DNA of 64,000 nt from contig JAPLLG010000011.1 in the NCBI GenBank assembly GCA_026387665.1, positions 43,396 through 107,395 on the forward strand, in the 5' to 3' direction. This DNA comes from Nitrospirota bacterium. GTDB taxonomy: Bacteria; Nitrospirota; Nitrospiria; Nitrospirales; Nitrospiraceae. Both the position numbers and the translations under genes were made by a program. How positions within the stretch are numbered: position 1 is the stretch's first letter; each line of letters begins with the position of its first letter. Below, piece after piece: positions 1 through 10,249 of this stretch. The notes under the pieces were generated by a model. That model saw only the letters and a list, made by a program, of their open reading frames with translations, was not told the origin of the DNA and did not search any database.

Positions 1-240
1 CTCATACCCCACACCAGCCGCCACGACCTTCCTTGGCTGCCCCGAAATAGGAACCGCCAGGTCTGCCGCCCAAGCCGTCAACGGGAAACCATACCCGAGC
101 ACGGCAAAGGCGATGAACGAAAGGCAGCGAGCTTTCCGTATCCGCCGCGCCTGATGCGCCGGCGCAAGCTCACACCCCACAGCCCTGAACCACTCGCCAA
201 CTTTATCTCTCGTCTCGGACAGCCACTGGATGATTGTCAT
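1..240 (-). CDS. hypothetical membrane protein, partial (runs off left edge)
   Basis: Hand translation of the minus strand from ATG at 240-238 gives 80 codons with no stop (MTIIQWLSETRDKVGEWF...CLSFIAFAVLGYGFPLTAWAA...). A GAAGGGGGA RBS-like run lies just upstream. One hydrophobic segment. Not in the ORF track because it is truncated. Confidence 0.45.
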   Translation of the reverse strand, partial: MTIIQWLSETRDKVGEWFRAVGCELAPAHQARRIRKARCLSFIAFAVLGYGFPLTAWAADLAVPISGQPRKVVAAGVGYE

Positions 241-446
241 GTAGAGTCCCCCTTCGCTTGTGCCGGAGTCTCGCATTGCTGGCCTACAGGGTAAATTCCC
301 CACTGTGGGGAGGACCCCTTCGAAAGGGGGGGATACGTTGAACAGAAATGAACGAAGACAAGGACGAGACTGACGAACATTTTCGTCGTTATACCAGGGG
401 AAAAATCGTTTTTTCATCTGAGGAAGGGGCTATTGCGGGGCATTTC

Positions 447-872
447 TCAGCCAAGTTCGCCATGGCTCTCGGAATCTCTCGCAAACGGAACAGTCCCAAA
501 GACCTGATACCGGTACCGGGCTACCAACCAATAGAGCAGGTAGCCAACCGGCTTGGCCAACGGAAGGCGCAGGAGGATCGAGAGGACTCGCCCACCCCTG
601 AGGCCAGGCAGGAGGGCCAGAAAGGCATCCAGCCCACGGACAATCTCCCCGTTAGGACGAACCAGGAATGCCACGTCTGGACGACCCGGCCGATAGACCT
701 CCCCTAATGCCTGCTTGGCCTCGTCGCTCTGATAGGGAACCATCTGGACCGGCGCAGCGTCAGCGCGGGTCCCCAGCCGTTCAAGGCCCTGCTTGGCTGT
801 GACACAGAGGCGGCATTGGCCATCGTAGACCAGAAGACAGGCTTGAGGCGCCCTGCTGGATAAATCTGCCAT
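447..872 (-). CDS. DCC1-like thiol-disulfide oxidoreductase (DUF393 family)
   Basis: 141 aa. N-terminal LLVYDGQCRLCV motif is typical of the DCC family. The antisense ORF 348-707 looks like a shadow. Confidence 0.7.
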   Translation of the reverse strand: MADLSSRAPQACLLVYDGQCRLCVTAKQGLERLGTRADAAPVQMVPYQSDEAKQALGEVYRPGRPDVAFLVRPNGEIVRGLDAFLALLPGLRGGRVLSILLRLPLAKPVGYLLYWLVARYRYQVFGTVPFARDSESHGELG

Positions 873-917
873 CGCCCAATTCCCTCGCAGTCGCTAACTC
901 CTAATGCCTAACTAGTC

Positions 918-1129
918 GCAGGATGCTCAAAAAGTTCGTCCAGCAAGGCCGCAGGCAAGTCGAAACCGGAGGAGGTACCGACTGCACTTTGTGTGGGCCG
1001 TTCGCCAGTACAATGGATCTTGGCGAACGGAAAAACCCCTCCAGTACTTCCGACCTCTGACAACCTCAATCGGTACGTTGAGGATTTCGATGAGCCGAGA
1101 ACGAAGCTGGCGGACTTTTTCAGCATCCT
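918..1129. repeat. Imperfect-palindrome intergenic repeat, copy A (expanded loop)
   Basis: Arms GCAGGATGCTCAAAAAGTTCGTCCAGCAAGGCCGCAGG...CCGGAGG and GTACGTTGAGGATTTCGATGAGCCGAGAACGAAGCTGGCGGACTTTTTCAGCATCC. Same family as 5481-5605, 15072-15195 and 52936-53061. This copy carries an extra internal hairpin, CCGTTCGCCA(N13)TGGCGAACGG. Confidence 0.85.
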
Positions 1130-1173
1130 AAAGCCGGTTGCTGTGCCCTGCGGAGACGGGTATCATTACACCC

Positions 1174-1590
1174 ATGCGATACACCTGGCCCCTCATCGGC
1201 CTGCTCACGGGGCTCAGCCTCATCGGCGCTACGACCACCCATCTCGCACCGGCTGCAACAGAGGCAGGACGAATCGGCTGGATGCTTTACCTGATCGCCA
1301 CCCCGATCGTTCTTGCCTGCCTCGTCCGGATCGGATGGACCTGGACCGCCATGGCCTGCGTCATCTATGGAACGGTAGGATTGGCGTTAGACCTCTCCAC
1401 CCTCGCGAGCATCCTGGGCGGACAGGGCGAGATTGGCGCCCTGCTCCTCGTCAGCGCGATGAGCGGGATCGTGAACTTTTCGCTGGTCCTGTTCGGCGGG
1501 CGCGCGTTTCTACACGAATCGTTGGGGACCGTGCTTCCAGGATCCCATCCTCCCAGTCCTCCGTCCCCTTCTTCATCTTCACAATCTTGA
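1174..1590 (+). CDS. small integral membrane protein (hypothetical)
   Basis: ATG at 1174 (MRYTWPLIGLLTGLSLIG...). Several hydrophobic segments. The low-complexity P/S tail overlaps the 3' end of the convergent methyltransferase, so the C-terminus is uncertain. Confidence 0.45.
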   Translation: MRYTWPLIGLLTGLSLIGATTTHLAPAATEAGRIGWMLYLIATPIVLACLVRIGWTWTAMACVIYGTVGLALDLSTLASILGGQGEIGALLLVSAMSGIVNFSLVLFGGRAFLHESLGTVLPGSHPPSPPSPSSSSQS

Positions 1591-2527
1591 TCCGTTCAAA
1601 CCCTGCATCCGTCAACCAGGCCTTCGTCTCGACTGCAGAATAGGTATTGCCCCGCTCGGTGAACAGCAACATCGACACAGCAAAGAGACTCGCCTCTTCG
1701 GGAAACAGCCCGTCCTTATCGTGCAGGAACGCATCCTGAATCAACAGCCTGCCTCCAGGATTCAACGCAGCCAAGGCGCGCCGGAACACCGCTTGATTGT
1801 CTTGAGGCGAATAAATGTGGAGCACGTTCGAATACCAGATGACATCGTAGGAGCCGGGAATGGCGTCCGTCAGCAAATCCAGCGGCTGATAGGAGAGGCG
1901 TGCTCCAGCCTTGTGAGTCGCAGCAATTTCCTTCGCCACCTCAAGGGCCGCAGGCCGGTCGCAGACCGTGGCTCGGAGCTGGGGATTCTTGGCGAGGAAG
2001 GCCATCGCATAGGTGCCGGGACCGCCGCCAAGGTCGAGCAAAGTCCGCACGCCACGCAGGCTGATCTGGGCCGCAATCTTCGGAGCAATCTCCAGGGTCC
2101 GGTGATGCATCGCCCAGGTGAACTGCCGGCGATAGTCCGGATCGTCCGGCTCATCGTGATCGAGCGGTAGTCCCGTCTTCACTGACTCCAGCAAACGGCC
2201 CCAATCGTTCCAATGGCTCGTGATCAGCCGGAGATAGTCCCCCCGATAGTCCGGATGCTGAGCGTTCAAGGTTGTAGCGCCCAACCGGCTGTTTCGATAG
2301 GTCTCGCCTTTTTTCTTCAGCAAGCCTGCCATCGCGAGATTCCGGCAGAGAATCGCCAGACCCCTCTCACTGACCTTCATGGCACAAGCCAGGTCAGGAA
2401 TCGTCCAGGTCTCCGTGCCGATGGCAGTAAAGAGGTTCAGCTCAAGGGAAGCGATCAAAACCCGCGGCAACCGGTAGGCGGTAATCGCCGTGCGGAAATC
2501 GTCGAACGTGGCAATCTGCCTGGTCAC
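1451..2527 (-). CDS. class I SAM-dependent (O-)methyltransferase
   Basis: LLDLGGGPGTYAMAF SAM motif I, preceded by an N-terminal wHTH-like dimerisation region. Start chosen at GTG 2527, which forms a GTGA overlap with the stop of the upstream ORF at 2524. The longer track ORF (to 2842) has an Arg-rich, non-protein-like N-terminus. Confidence 0.8.
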   Translation of the reverse strand: MTRQIATFDDFRTAITAYRLPRVLIASLELNLFTAIGTETWTIPDLACAMKVSERGLAILCRNLAMAGLLKKKGETYRNSRLGATTLNAQHPDYRGDYLRLITSHWNDWGRLLESVKTGLPLDHDEPDDPDYRRQFTWAMHHRTLEIAPKIAAQISLRGVRTLLDLGGGPGTYAMAFLAKNPQLRATVCDRPAALEVAKEIAATHKAGARLSYQPLDLLTDAIPGSYDVIWYSNVLHIYSPQDNQAVFRRALAALNPGGRLLIQDAFLHDKDGLFPEEASLFAVSMLLFTERGNTYSAVETKAWLTDAGFERIKIVKMKKGTEDWEDGILEARSPTIRVETRARRTGPAKSSRSRSSR

Positions 2528-2958
2528 CGGGCCACGCCGATCGTCCGCAGGCACCAGCTCATTAAATCTTGCACGGCGGTCGGGTTCGTCAGATCCACAT
2601 GCCGCTCGAAGCGAACGGCCACGTAGGCGTCGTTCATCTCCGTCTCTTCTGCAAATCCAGACTTCAACAGAATCGCACGGTACTTGGAGACAGCCGGTTG
2701 GATGTAGTACTTGGCCTGCTTCGCGATCTCGTCGGTGCCCAGATCTTCCGGCGTCCCATCGGAGAGGAGGGTCATCACATCCTCCAGCGCCATGCCGTAC
2801 TGACACAAGACCCGCCCGTCCGGCGTGACCTCCAGCAGCCATCCATCCGAGCCAAGATCCATCGTCAAAGCGCCGCCCGCCTCCACTTCCTCCAATTGAG
2901 GAAAGGTGGCGACCAACGAAGCCTTAAGCGCAGTCCAATCTTCCGATGCTCCACTCAT
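2524..2958 (-). CDS. hypothetical protein
   Basis: 144 aa with protein-like composition. Translationally coupled at both ends (ATGA with the TPR gene, GTGA with the methyltransferase). Confidence 0.6.
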   Translation of the reverse strand: MSGASEDWTALKASLVATFPQLEEVEAGGALTMDLGSDGWLLEVTPDGRVLCQYGMALEDVMTLLSDGTPEDLGTDEIAKQAKYYIQPAVSKYRAILLKSGFAEETEMNDAYVAVRFERHVDLTNPTAVQDLMSWCLRTIGVAR

Positions 2959-3779
2959 ACGTGTGTCTTTCGATTGGGATGGGCGTCACCCAGTCCGGCA
3001 AGGCTGGCCCGCAGGGCTGCCAACCGCTGGATATTCTCTTCAAGTTTCGGCAACTGATACTTGCGATCCATATGCACCACCAGCTCGAGGAGATCCGCCG
3101 CTTCACGCAGGTTACCGGTCTCTTCGTAACATTGCGCCAGCACATACCGAGCACCGCCGGTTCGCAATTCGTCGCGCGATCGTTCGGCGATGGACTGGCT
3201 GGTTTGACAGCAGGCGATCGCGTCGTCGTAGCGCTGCTGGAGCAAAAAGGTTCGACCGATCATGCGCCAGGCATCGGCTACGCCGCCCTGATTCTCTAGC
3301 CGCCTCATGAGCACGAGCGACTGTTCATAGTATTTAATCGCCAATTCGTACTCTTTGGTCTCGCGAGCGACCAGGCCCAGATCAGAAAAGAGCACCGCCT
3401 TGCCTGCCTCATCGTGCACCTTCGTCATCAGGTCCAAGGCTTCGAGATAGTAGGCCTTGGCGCGATCCCATTCGCCCGCATCGGCCCGGAGGTTCCCCAA
3501 ATTGCCTAAGGTCGTCCCGATCCCCTTCTCATCTCCGAGAATCTTCTGGAGCTCCAAGACCTCTTGATAGTACGTCTGGGCCGAGTCCCGACGACCGCTG
3601 ACCGCGCAAATGTTCCCCAGGTTTCCCAAGGTGGCGGCCAAGGCCCGTTGGTCCCCGGTCAGCCGGTCACATTCCAGCGCCTTGGCATAACAGGTATAGG
3701 CATCGGTATAGAGGCCGCGAGAAAAATGCTCGTTGCCCTGGCGATTGAGTTCTTCGGAAAGTCCGTTGCGTAATGTCAT
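2955..3779 (-). CDS. tetratricopeptide-repeat protein
   Basis: 274 aa with repeated A..Y/LG.L....G....A TPR units. Confidence 0.8.
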   Translation of the reverse strand: MTLRNGLSEELNRQGNEHFSRGLYTDAYTCYAKALECDRLTGDQRALAATLGNLGNICAVSGRRDSAQTYYQEVLELQKILGDEKGIGTTLGNLGNLRADAGEWDRAKAYYLEALDLMTKVHDEAGKAVLFSDLGLVARETKEYELAIKYYEQSLVLMRRLENQGGVADAWRMIGRTFLLQQRYDDAIACCQTSQSIAERSRDELRTGGARYVLAQCYEETGNLREAADLLELVVHMDRKYQLPKLEENIQRLAALRASLAGLGDAHPNRKTHV

Positions 3780-4378
3780 GGTGCGGGCTGGAGCAGCTGT
3801 TCGACCGCCTGCTTGGCGCCGGTGAGAATCGAGGTCCCGTCGCCGACCAATAGGCTGTCGAAATTGTATTTAAGGAGCCGGCGCAGCCCCTCTTGGGCCT
3901 TCGTCACATCAGCGTACTTGTCCGCGGGCAGGAGGCTGACGGAACCGGCAGGCTTCCCGATCAAGGCATCGCCGACAATCAGCACGCCCTTCCGCTGCTG
4001 GATAAACAGGGCCGATTCGCCGGGAGACTTCTGGTCTTTCAGCTGAATCACCCAGATCCCGCCCGTGAGCAATTCCCCATCCTTGAACGTTTTGGTCGGC
4101 TTAAGATCCATCAGCGGCGCATCGACCTCCGGCACATACAACTGACAGCGAAACTCGTCTTGATACTTCACCGCTTCGCGGACATGATCGCGATTGGTCA
4201 CGATGATGTAATCGACGGGGCCGTTGCGGAGGACCACCGCGCTCGCGTCTCCCGTCATCGGCGGAGGATCGACGAGGATCTTATGTTCCCCGACCGTCAG
4301 GAAGAGCCCGTTGAAGTCGAGTTGCTTCTCCTCAGAGAACCAGGACCATTGCCAGATACCGGGAAGGATGTTTTTCAT
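3776..4378 (-). CDS. MBL-fold metallo-hydrolase-like protein
   Basis: 200 aa. IIVTNRDHVRE and LIVGDAL segments resemble a degenerate beta-lactamase-fold motif. Overlaps the TPR gene by 4 nt. Confidence 0.5.
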   Translation of the reverse strand: MKNILPGIWQWSWFSEEKQLDFNGLFLTVGEHKILVDPPPMTGDASAVVLRNGPVDYIIVTNRDHVREAVKYQDEFRCQLYVPEVDAPLMDLKPTKTFKDGELLTGGIWVIQLKDQKSPGESALFIQQRKGVLIVGDALIGKPAGSVSLLPADKYADVTKAQEGLRRLLKYNFDSLLVGDGTSILTGAKQAVEQLLQPAP

Positions 4379-4423
4379 AATAGGATACGAGCCGATGGCT
4401 GATAGCTGATGGCACGGACGGAT

Positions 4424-4669
4424 TTACAATGCCGCGACGGCGTCCTTCACGACTTTCGTCACTTTCGTCAGGATGCTGGCTTCGTTGGGCAAGTCGATGA
4501 TGTCGTCTTCCGAAATCGTAATGAATTTCCGATTCGGTCCCTTCGTCAGGGAAATCAGGAACATACTGTTCGAAGGCGTCACAGGGATCACCACTTGCAC
4601 GGACGCATCGGCCCCCTTCACCACCTCCAAAAACTTCTGCTTTCCCTCTTCCATCTCATCCATGCCCAT
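4424..4669 (-). CDS. hypothetical small protein
   Basis: 81 aa with balanced composition, in the same orientation as its neighbours. Confidence 0.45.
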   Translation of the reverse strand: MGMDEMEEGKQKFLEVVKGADASVQVVIPVTPSNSMFLISLTKGPNRKFITISEDDIIDLPNEASILTKVTKVVKDAVAAL

Positions 4670-4706
4670 CTCTCTCCTCTTCCTCTCGGAAGTTGATATT
4701 TCCTCT

Positions 4707-4801
4707 GCACCGCGGCTGAGGAATCCTAATCTGCGCGCGTCGAACGAGCACTGTTTTATCGTGCGCGTTCCGCGAGCAGCGGGATTCCTCAGCCACGGTG
4801 C
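4707..4801 (-). repeat. long inverted repeat / 3' hairpin after the redoxin gene
   Basis: GCACCGCGGCTGAGGAATCC (4707-4726) against GGATTCCTCAGCCACGGTGC (4782-4801). The single mismatch is a G.U pair only in the minus-sense RNA. Starts 4 nt after the stop of 4805-5338. No U-run follows. Confidence 0.6.
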
Positions 4802-4804
4802 GCG

Positions 4805-5338
4805 CTACATCTTATTACTGCCACCAGCCAACAGTTTTTCAACTTCCGCCACAATCACTTCTGCACCGGCCAAATCCATATTGCCGACACGCTGCCACCG
4901 GATCACGCCCTGCTGATCGATCACATAGACATTCGGAATAAACTTCCCTCCGCCGTACAATTTATCCGTGACCTTGCCCGGATCGAGCAGATAGGGATAG
5001 GTGACCTTCACGGGAAAGGAGGCCAGAAACTCGCCGACTTCCTTCTTGCCGTTACCGGAAGAATTGACGCCGAGCACCGCCACCTCTTTGCCCTTCGTCA
5101 TCTCGGACACTTTCTGGAGCGTCGTGCCTTGCATCATGCAGGGGTCGCAAATATGAAACAGGCCGAGCACCACAATCTTGCCCTTGTAACTGTCCAACCC
5201 CACCGTCTCGCCCGTGATAGCCGTCAGCGTAAAGGAAGGCGCCTTCTCGCCAACTTTAAAGAACCCCGCCGCAACGGCCAGGTGGACCGCAAGGACCGGA
5301 ATCAACAACCCGCCAAGTATCGATAGCATTCGTTTCAT
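4805..5338 (-). CDS. secreted thioredoxin-fold redoxin (TlpA/AhpC-TSA-like)
   Basis: 177 aa. N-terminal signal peptide, CDPC redox motif, redoxin-like sequence. Confidence 0.75.
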   Translation of the reverse strand: MKRMLSILGGLLIPVLAVHLAVAAGFFKVGEKAPSFTLTAITGETVGLDSYKGKIVVLGLFHICDPCMMQGTTLQKVSEMTKGKEVAVLGVNSSGNGKKEVGEFLASFPVKVTYPYLLDPGKVTDKLYGGGKFIPNVYVIDQQGVIRWQRVGNMDLAGAEVIVAEVEKLLAGGSNKM

Positions 5339-5357
5339 AAGAGCCTCCTGCTGAAGA

Positions 5358-5405
5358 AGTGCTGAGTGCCAAGCGCTGAATTGACTGTTCGCCCACTCAG
5401 CACTT
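5358..5405. repeat. AGTGCTGAG-type hairpin
   Basis: AAGTGCTGAGTG (5358-5369) pairs perfectly with CACTCAGCACTT (5394-5405). Same arm sequence as the hairpin at 10155-10249. Confidence 0.7.
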
Positions 5406-5480
5406 TGATTGGGTATCCTACCATGCAGATTTTTTCAGGGGCAATGGCGCAGCGACCGACAGAATGGATGGATGCGCAAA

Positions 5481-5605
5481 CAGGCTGCTCAAACAGTTCG
5501 TCAGCAAGGCCGCAGGCGAATCGAAACCGGAGGCGTGCCCTCAGGGGTACGTTGAGGATTTCGATGAGCCGAGAACGAAGCTGGCGGACTGTTTGAGCAG
5601 CCTGC
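5481..5605. repeat. Imperfect-palindrome intergenic repeat, copy B
   Basis: CAGGCTGCTCAAACAGTTCGTCAGC...GCTGGCGGACTGTTTGAGCAGCCTG gives a 28-bp terminal stem with two T:G pairs. The conserved core GAGCCGAGAACGAAGCTGG is present. Abuts the purF stop codon. Confidence 0.85.
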
Positions 5606-7086
5606 TAAAGGGATGGGTCGAAGAGGCCGAGCTGCCATTCCTCTGCGCGGGTCAGCGCGATGGGGTACTTCTCGGTGAAGCAGGCATTGCAATACTGTTC
5701 CGGGGTGCCGGGGGAGGCATTCAGCATGCCATCGAGGCTCAAGTAGGCGAGGCTGTCTGCCGTGATGTACTTCCGAATCTCTTCAAGCGAGTGGCTGGAA
5801 CCGATCAGCTCTTTCTTGGTGGGCGTATCGATCCCGTAGAAACAGGGAGAGATGATTGGAGGCGAACTGATGCGCATATGCACTTCCTTGGCCCCGGCAT
5901 CGCGAATCATCTTCACGATTTTACGGCTCGTGGTGCCCCGCACCAGCGAATCGTCGACCACGACGACTCGTTTCCCCTCCAGCACCTCCGGCACAGCATT
6001 AAGCTTCACCTTCACGCCGAAGTGGCGGATCGACTGCTCCGGCTCAATGAAGGTGCGGCCGACATAGTGATTTCTGATCAGCCCGAGTTCGAACTGAATC
6101 CCCGCTCCCTCGGCATAGCCGAGCGCGGCAGGCACTCCGGAGTCCGGGACCGGCACGACGATATCCGCTTCGACTAACGATTCCTTCGCCAATTGCCGAC
6201 CCAACGCCTTGCGTGTGGCATAGACCGCATTCGCGCCGAAGATCTTGCTGTCAGGTCGAGCGAAGTACACATATTCAAAGATGCACATGGCCGGATTGAC
6301 CGGCGCAAACGGATGGTAGCTCGTCACGCCCTTCTCGTTCAGTACGACCAGCTCGCCCGGCTCGATCTCACGAACGATTTTGGCGCCAAGCAGATCGAAG
6401 GCACAGGTTTCCGACGCCACGAGATAGGTATCACCCATGCGCCCGAGACAGAGGGGCCGGAACCCGTGCGGATCTCGCACCGCGATGATCCCATCGTCCG
6501 TCTGCATGACGACCGAAAAGGCCCCGCGCACTTGGCTCAAGGCATCGATGATGCGGGCCAGCAAGGTATCCGCGCGCGAATGGGCGATCAAATGGATGAT
6601 GACTTCGCTATCCGACGTGGATTGGAAAATGGCTCCGTAGGCTTCGAGCTCATGCCGCAACACTTGCGCATTGATGAGGTTGCCATTGTGGGCAAGCGCC
6701 AGATTCCCGAAGGCGAAGTTGACCGAGAGCGGCTGGACATTACTCAGATCGTTGCCCCCGGCCGTAGAATAGCGATTATGTCCGATCGCCATCGAACCGG
6801 TTAATTGCTGAAGCGATTGGGGATTGTAAATGTCCGCAACCAGCCCCTTCCCCTTATGGACGTGGAAGTGCTCGCCATCGCCCGAGACGATGCCGGAGGC
6901 TTCCTGTCCGCGATGCTGCAAGGCATAGAGCCCCAGATAAGTGAGGTTGGCCGCTTCCTTGTGGCCGTAAATACCGAAGACAGCGCATTCGTCGTGAAAC
7001 TTATCTGGAGTAATCAGGTTAAGGCCCGAATCATCAGACGTGGGAAGTGACACGACGGGAAGTTCTCTTGTGGTTCGCTTATTCAT
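5605..7086 (-). CDS. purF: amidophosphoribosyltransferase
   Basis: Strong PurF-like sequence: [10 protein letters not shown]-terminal nucleophile region, a PRTase motif [13 protein letters not shown], and C-terminal Cys residues. Start is ambiguous (7086 or 7137); 7086 avoids a 40-nt overlap with purL. Confidence 0.9.
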   Translation of the reverse strand: MNKRTTRELPVVSLPTSDDSGLNLITPDKFHDECAVFGIYGHKEAANLTYLGLYALQHRGQEASGIVSGDGEHFHVHKGKGLVADIYNPQSLQQLTGSMAIGHNRYSTAGGNDLSNVQPLSVNFAFGNLALAHNGNLINAQVLRHELEAYGAIFQSTSDSEVIIHLIAHSRADTLLARIIDALSQVRGAFSVVMQTDDGIIAVRDPHGFRPLCLGRMGDTYLVASETCAFDLLGAKIVREIEPGELVVLNEKGVTSYHPFAPVNPAMCIFEYVYFARPDSKIFGANAVYATRKALGRQLAKESLVEADIVVPVPDSGVPAALGYAEGAGIQFELGLIRNHYVGRTFIEPEQSIRHFGVKVKLNAVPEVLEGKRVVVVDDSLVRGTTSRKIVKMIRDAGAKEVHMRISSPPIISPCFYGIDTPTKKELIGSSHSLEEIRKYITADSLAYLSLDGMLNASPGTPEQYCNACFTEKYPIALTRAEEWQLGLFDPSL

Positions 7087-7097
7087 GCCTTCACGTT

Positions 7098-9365
7098 TCA
7101 CGCCTGGTTCAGCGTCCGTTCGATTGAAAAGGCCCACTGCTCAAAAAGTTGATCGACCGGGAGGTCGATGCGGCAGCCCTCGCTCCATTGCCCCTTCTCC
7201 ACATCGATGACGACACGATCGCCTCCGACCGCCCCGATCTTCATCGCGGGAACACCGGCCTCCCCGGCACGCTTCAGGATCTGTTCGACCAGCTCAGGCT
7301 TCACCGACAGGACGACCCGCGATTGGCTCTCACCGAATAAGAGGGCATCCCGCCGCAAGGTATCGAGACCCAATCCTACCACAGCCCCTCGCCTGGCGGC
7401 TGGGCCGGAGATGCAGGATTCGACCAAGGCGACCGCCAACCCGCCATCCGAACAGTCATGGGCTGATTGCACCAGCCCATCACGAATTGCTTTCAAGAGG
7501 AAGTCATGGAGCGACTTCTCCGCCTCAAGGCTGAGGAGCGGCGGCGATCCCTGCTCACGGTGATGGAGCACTTTTAGATATTCACTGCCGCCCAGGTCCT
7601 CTCTCGTCTTGCCCAAGAGGATAATCGCATCCCCCTCCTGCTTGAACCACTGCGTCATCGTTTGATCGACCGAATCGATCAGCCCCACCATCCCCAACAT
7701 CGGCGTGGGATAGATCGACAGTCCGTTGGTCTCGTTGTAGAAGCTCACATTGCCGCTGACAATGGGCACCTTAAAATGTTCGCAGGCATCCCTCAGCCCT
7801 TCGATCGCCAAGACAAACTGCCACATGATCTCAGGCCGCTCCGGGTTCCCGAAATTCAAACAGTCCGTCAGCCCGATCGGCTCAGCCCCAGAACAGACGA
7901 GATTCCTCGCCGCCTCGGCCACGGCAATGCGAGCCCCTTCATAGGGATGCAGCAAACAGTAGCGGCTATTGCAGTCCACCGTCATGGCGAGGGCTTTGTT
8001 CGTTCCCTTGATCCGAACCACCGCGGCATCAGAGCCGGGCCGGACCATCGTGTTGGTCCGCACCATATGGTCGTACTGTTCATAGACCCAGCGTTTACTC
8101 GCAATCGTCGGAGACCCCAGCAGTGACAACAGCGCCGCGTTCGCATCCTTCACATCTGGCAGGGCGTCGTAGTTCAGATTCGTCAGCATGTCCTGGTAGC
8201 CAGGCGGCGAATAGGGCCGCTCGTACCGTGGTCCGTCATCGGCCAGCGACTTCGCGGGAATCTCCGCCACCACCTTGCCCTGGTCCCTCACACGGAGGAT
8301 CCCATCGCCTGTGACACGGCCCACCACCGCCACATCGAGATCCCACTTCTTGCAGATCCTGATGCATTCCTCTTCCTTGCCCGCCTGCGCCACCATCAAC
8401 ATACGTTCTTGGGATTCCGACAACATCAATTCATAAGGCGTCATGCCCGGCTCACGCCGCGGCACATCGGTCAGGTCCAGATCCATCCCATTGCCGGCAC
8501 GCGACGCCATTTCACAGGAGGAACTGGTCAAGCCGGCGGCCCCCATGTCCTGAATCCCGACCAGTAAATCGCCCGCCATCAGTTCGAGACAGGCTTCCAA
8601 CAACAGCTTCTCGGTAAAGGGATCGCCTACCTGCACGGTGGGCCGCTTCTGTTCCGACTGGTCGTCGAACGAATCGGACGCCATCGTCGCCCCGTGAATC
8701 CCGTCGCGGCCCGTCTTGGAGCCAAAGTAGATCACAGGATTGCCGATGCCTGCCGCTGTTCCCAGAAAGATCTTGTCCTTATGCGCAATGCCGAGACAAA
8801 ACACATTCACGAGAGGATTCAGCGAATAAATATCGTTAAAGACGATTTCGCCTCCGACCGTCGGCACGCCCATGCAATTGCCATAGCCGGCAATGCCGGC
8901 CACAACGCCCTTGACCAGATGCCGGTTCTTCGCGTTGTCCAGCCCGCCAAACCGCAGGGCATCGAGCAAGGCAATGGGCCGCGCACCCATCGTAAAGATA
9001 TCTCGCAAGATCCCCCCCACCCCCGTCGCAGCCCCCTGATAGGGCTCGATGAAGGAGGGATGGTTGTGCGACTCCATCTTGAACACCGCGCAAAGCCCAT
9101 CGCCGATATCCACGGCGCCGGCATTTTCCCCAGGCCCCTGCACCACCCGCGGCCCAGTCGTCGGCAGTTTCCGCAAATGCACGCGCGAACTCTTATAGGA
9201 GCAATGTTCCGACCACATCACCGAGAACATACCCAGTTCCGTGACATTCGGCTCCCGCCCCAAAATCCCGACGATCTTCTGGTACTCGTCGTCCGTCAGA
9301 TTATGTTGCGCGATGAGTTCTTTGGTTATTGGCTGGCTTACAGGTCCCATAATTTTAGACTTCAC
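7098..9365 (-). CDS. purL: phosphoribosylformylglycinamidine synthase subunit PurL
   Basis: 755 aa with FGAM synthase II-like sequence throughout. Sits in a pur operon. Confidence 0.93.
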   Translation of the reverse strand: MKSKIMGPVSQPITKELIAQHNLTDDEYQKIVGILGREPNVTELGMFSVMWSEHCSYKSSRVHLRKLPTTGPRVVQGPGENAGAVDIGDGLCAVFKMESHNHPSFIEPYQGAATGVGGILRDIFTMGARPIALLDALRFGGLDNAKNRHLVKGVVAGIAGYGNCMGVPTVGGEIVFNDIYSLNPLVNVFCLGIAHKDKIFLGTAAGIGNPVIYFGSKTGRDGIHGATMASDSFDDQSEQKRPTVQVGDPFTEKLLLEACLELMAGDLLVGIQDMGAAGLTSSSCEMASRAGNGMDLDLTDVPRREPGMTPYELMLSESQERMLMVAQAGKEEECIRICKKWDLDVAVVGRVTGDGILRVRDQGKVVAEIPAKSLADDGPRYERPYSPPGYQDMLTNLNYDALPDVKDANAALLSLLGSPTIASKRWVYEQYDHMVRTNTMVRPGSDAAVVRIKGTNKALAMTVDCNSRYCLLHPYEGARIAVAEAARNLVCSGAEPIGLTDCLNFGNPERPEIMWQFVLAIEGLRDACEHFKVPIVSGNVSFYNETNGLSIYPTPMLGMVGLIDSVDQTMTQWFKQEGDAIILLGKTREDLGGSEYLKVLHHREQGSPPLLSLEAEKSLHDFLLKAIRDGLVQSAHDCSDGGLAVALVESCISGPAARRGAVVGLGLDTLRRDALLFGESQSRVVLSVKPELVEQILKRAGEAGVPAMKIGAVGGDRVVIDVEKGQWSEGCRIDLPVDQLFEQWAFSIERTLNQA

Positions 9366-9421
9366 GCTCTCATGGTTTCTTGATCACAATCCGAATCGGC
9401 CCACATGCGGATCGACAGAGG

Positions 9422-10144
9422 CTAGACAGGCGCCATCTGCAAAGGCTTCTTGCTTTGCTTCAGCGACTCCAGCATCGACAGGAAAATCAGCTTCCCGTCA
9501 TCATTGCCCAAGACTGTCTCTGCGCAACGTTCCGGATGCGGCATCATGCCCAGCACATTGCCCGCGGCATTGATGATCCCGGCGATGTTGTCCAGCGAGC
9601 CGTTGGGATTCGCCTCCGGCGTCACCTTGCCATCCGGCGTGCAATAGCGAAGGACGATCTGCGCATTGGCCTGCATCGCCGCGAGCGTGACCGGATCGGT
9701 GTAATAGTTCCCGTCTGCATGAGCGATGGGAATCTTCAGCACCTGACCGGGCTGGCAGGCGCTGGTAAAGGATGTGGCCGCATTCTCGACCTTCACGGAC
9801 AGATCCTTGCAGATGAAATGCAGCGACTTGTTCCGGAGCATGGCCCCTGGCAGCATCCCCGCTTCGAGCAGAATCTGAAACCCGTTGCAGATACCGAGCA
9901 CCATTCCGCCGCCCTTTGCGAACTCCTTCACCAACCCCATCACAGGAGAGAACTTCGCGATGGCGCCAGTTCGCAAATAGTCGCCGTAAGAAAACCCGCC
10001 CGGCAGGACAATCGCATCCAGCCCGGCCAACGAGGTCTCCTTGTGCCAAATCATCTCCACCGACTGGCCCAGCACATCCTTGAAGATATGCTGACAGTCA
10101 TGATCGCAATTACTGCCGGGAAACACCACCACGCCAATCTTCAT
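9422..10144 (-). CDS. purQ: phosphoribosylformylglycinamidine synthase glutaminase subunit PurQ
   Basis: [17 protein letters not shown]...GICNGFQ...HPER class-I amidotransferase motifs. Start set at ATG 10144, because the upstream part of the track ORF is a translation of the hairpin repeat. Confidence 0.9.
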   Translation of the reverse strand: MKIGVVVFPGSNCDHDCQHIFKDVLGQSVEMIWHKETSLAGLDAIVLPGGFSYGDYLRTGAIAKFSPVMGLVKEFAKGGGMVLGICNGFQILLEAGMLPGAMLRNKSLHFICKDLSVKVENAATSFTSACQPGQVLKIPIAHADGNYYTDPVTLAAMQANAQIVLRYCTPDGKVTPEANPNGSLDNIAGIINAAGNVLGMMPHPERCAETVLGNDDGKLIFLSMLESLKQSKKPLQMAPV

Positions 10145-10154
10145 AATTGCCCCC

Positions 10155-10249
10155 AGTGCTGAGGAGAAAGTGCTGAGTGCTGAGAAATGGAGCAGGAAAA
10201 GTGCTCTTGGTCCAGCCTCAGCACTCAGCACTCGCTACTCAGCACTAAC
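10155..10249. repeat. AGTGCTGAG-type long hairpin (heptad-repeat arms)
   Basis: Left arm AGTGCTGAGgagaaAGTGCTGAGTGCTGAG mirrors right arm CTCAGCACTCAGCACTcgctaCTCAGCACT. Lies between purS and purQ. Confidence 0.75.

Noticed and set aside
908-1643. ORFs encoding ...VEDFDEPRTKLADFFSIL... and MLKKSASFVLGSSKSSTYR... peptides. The same peptides appear at 5464, 15070 and 52911-53170.
   Set aside because: They are translations of the palindromic repeat family in both directions. Conservation is at the nucleotide and hairpin level (compensatory arm changes), not codon-wise.
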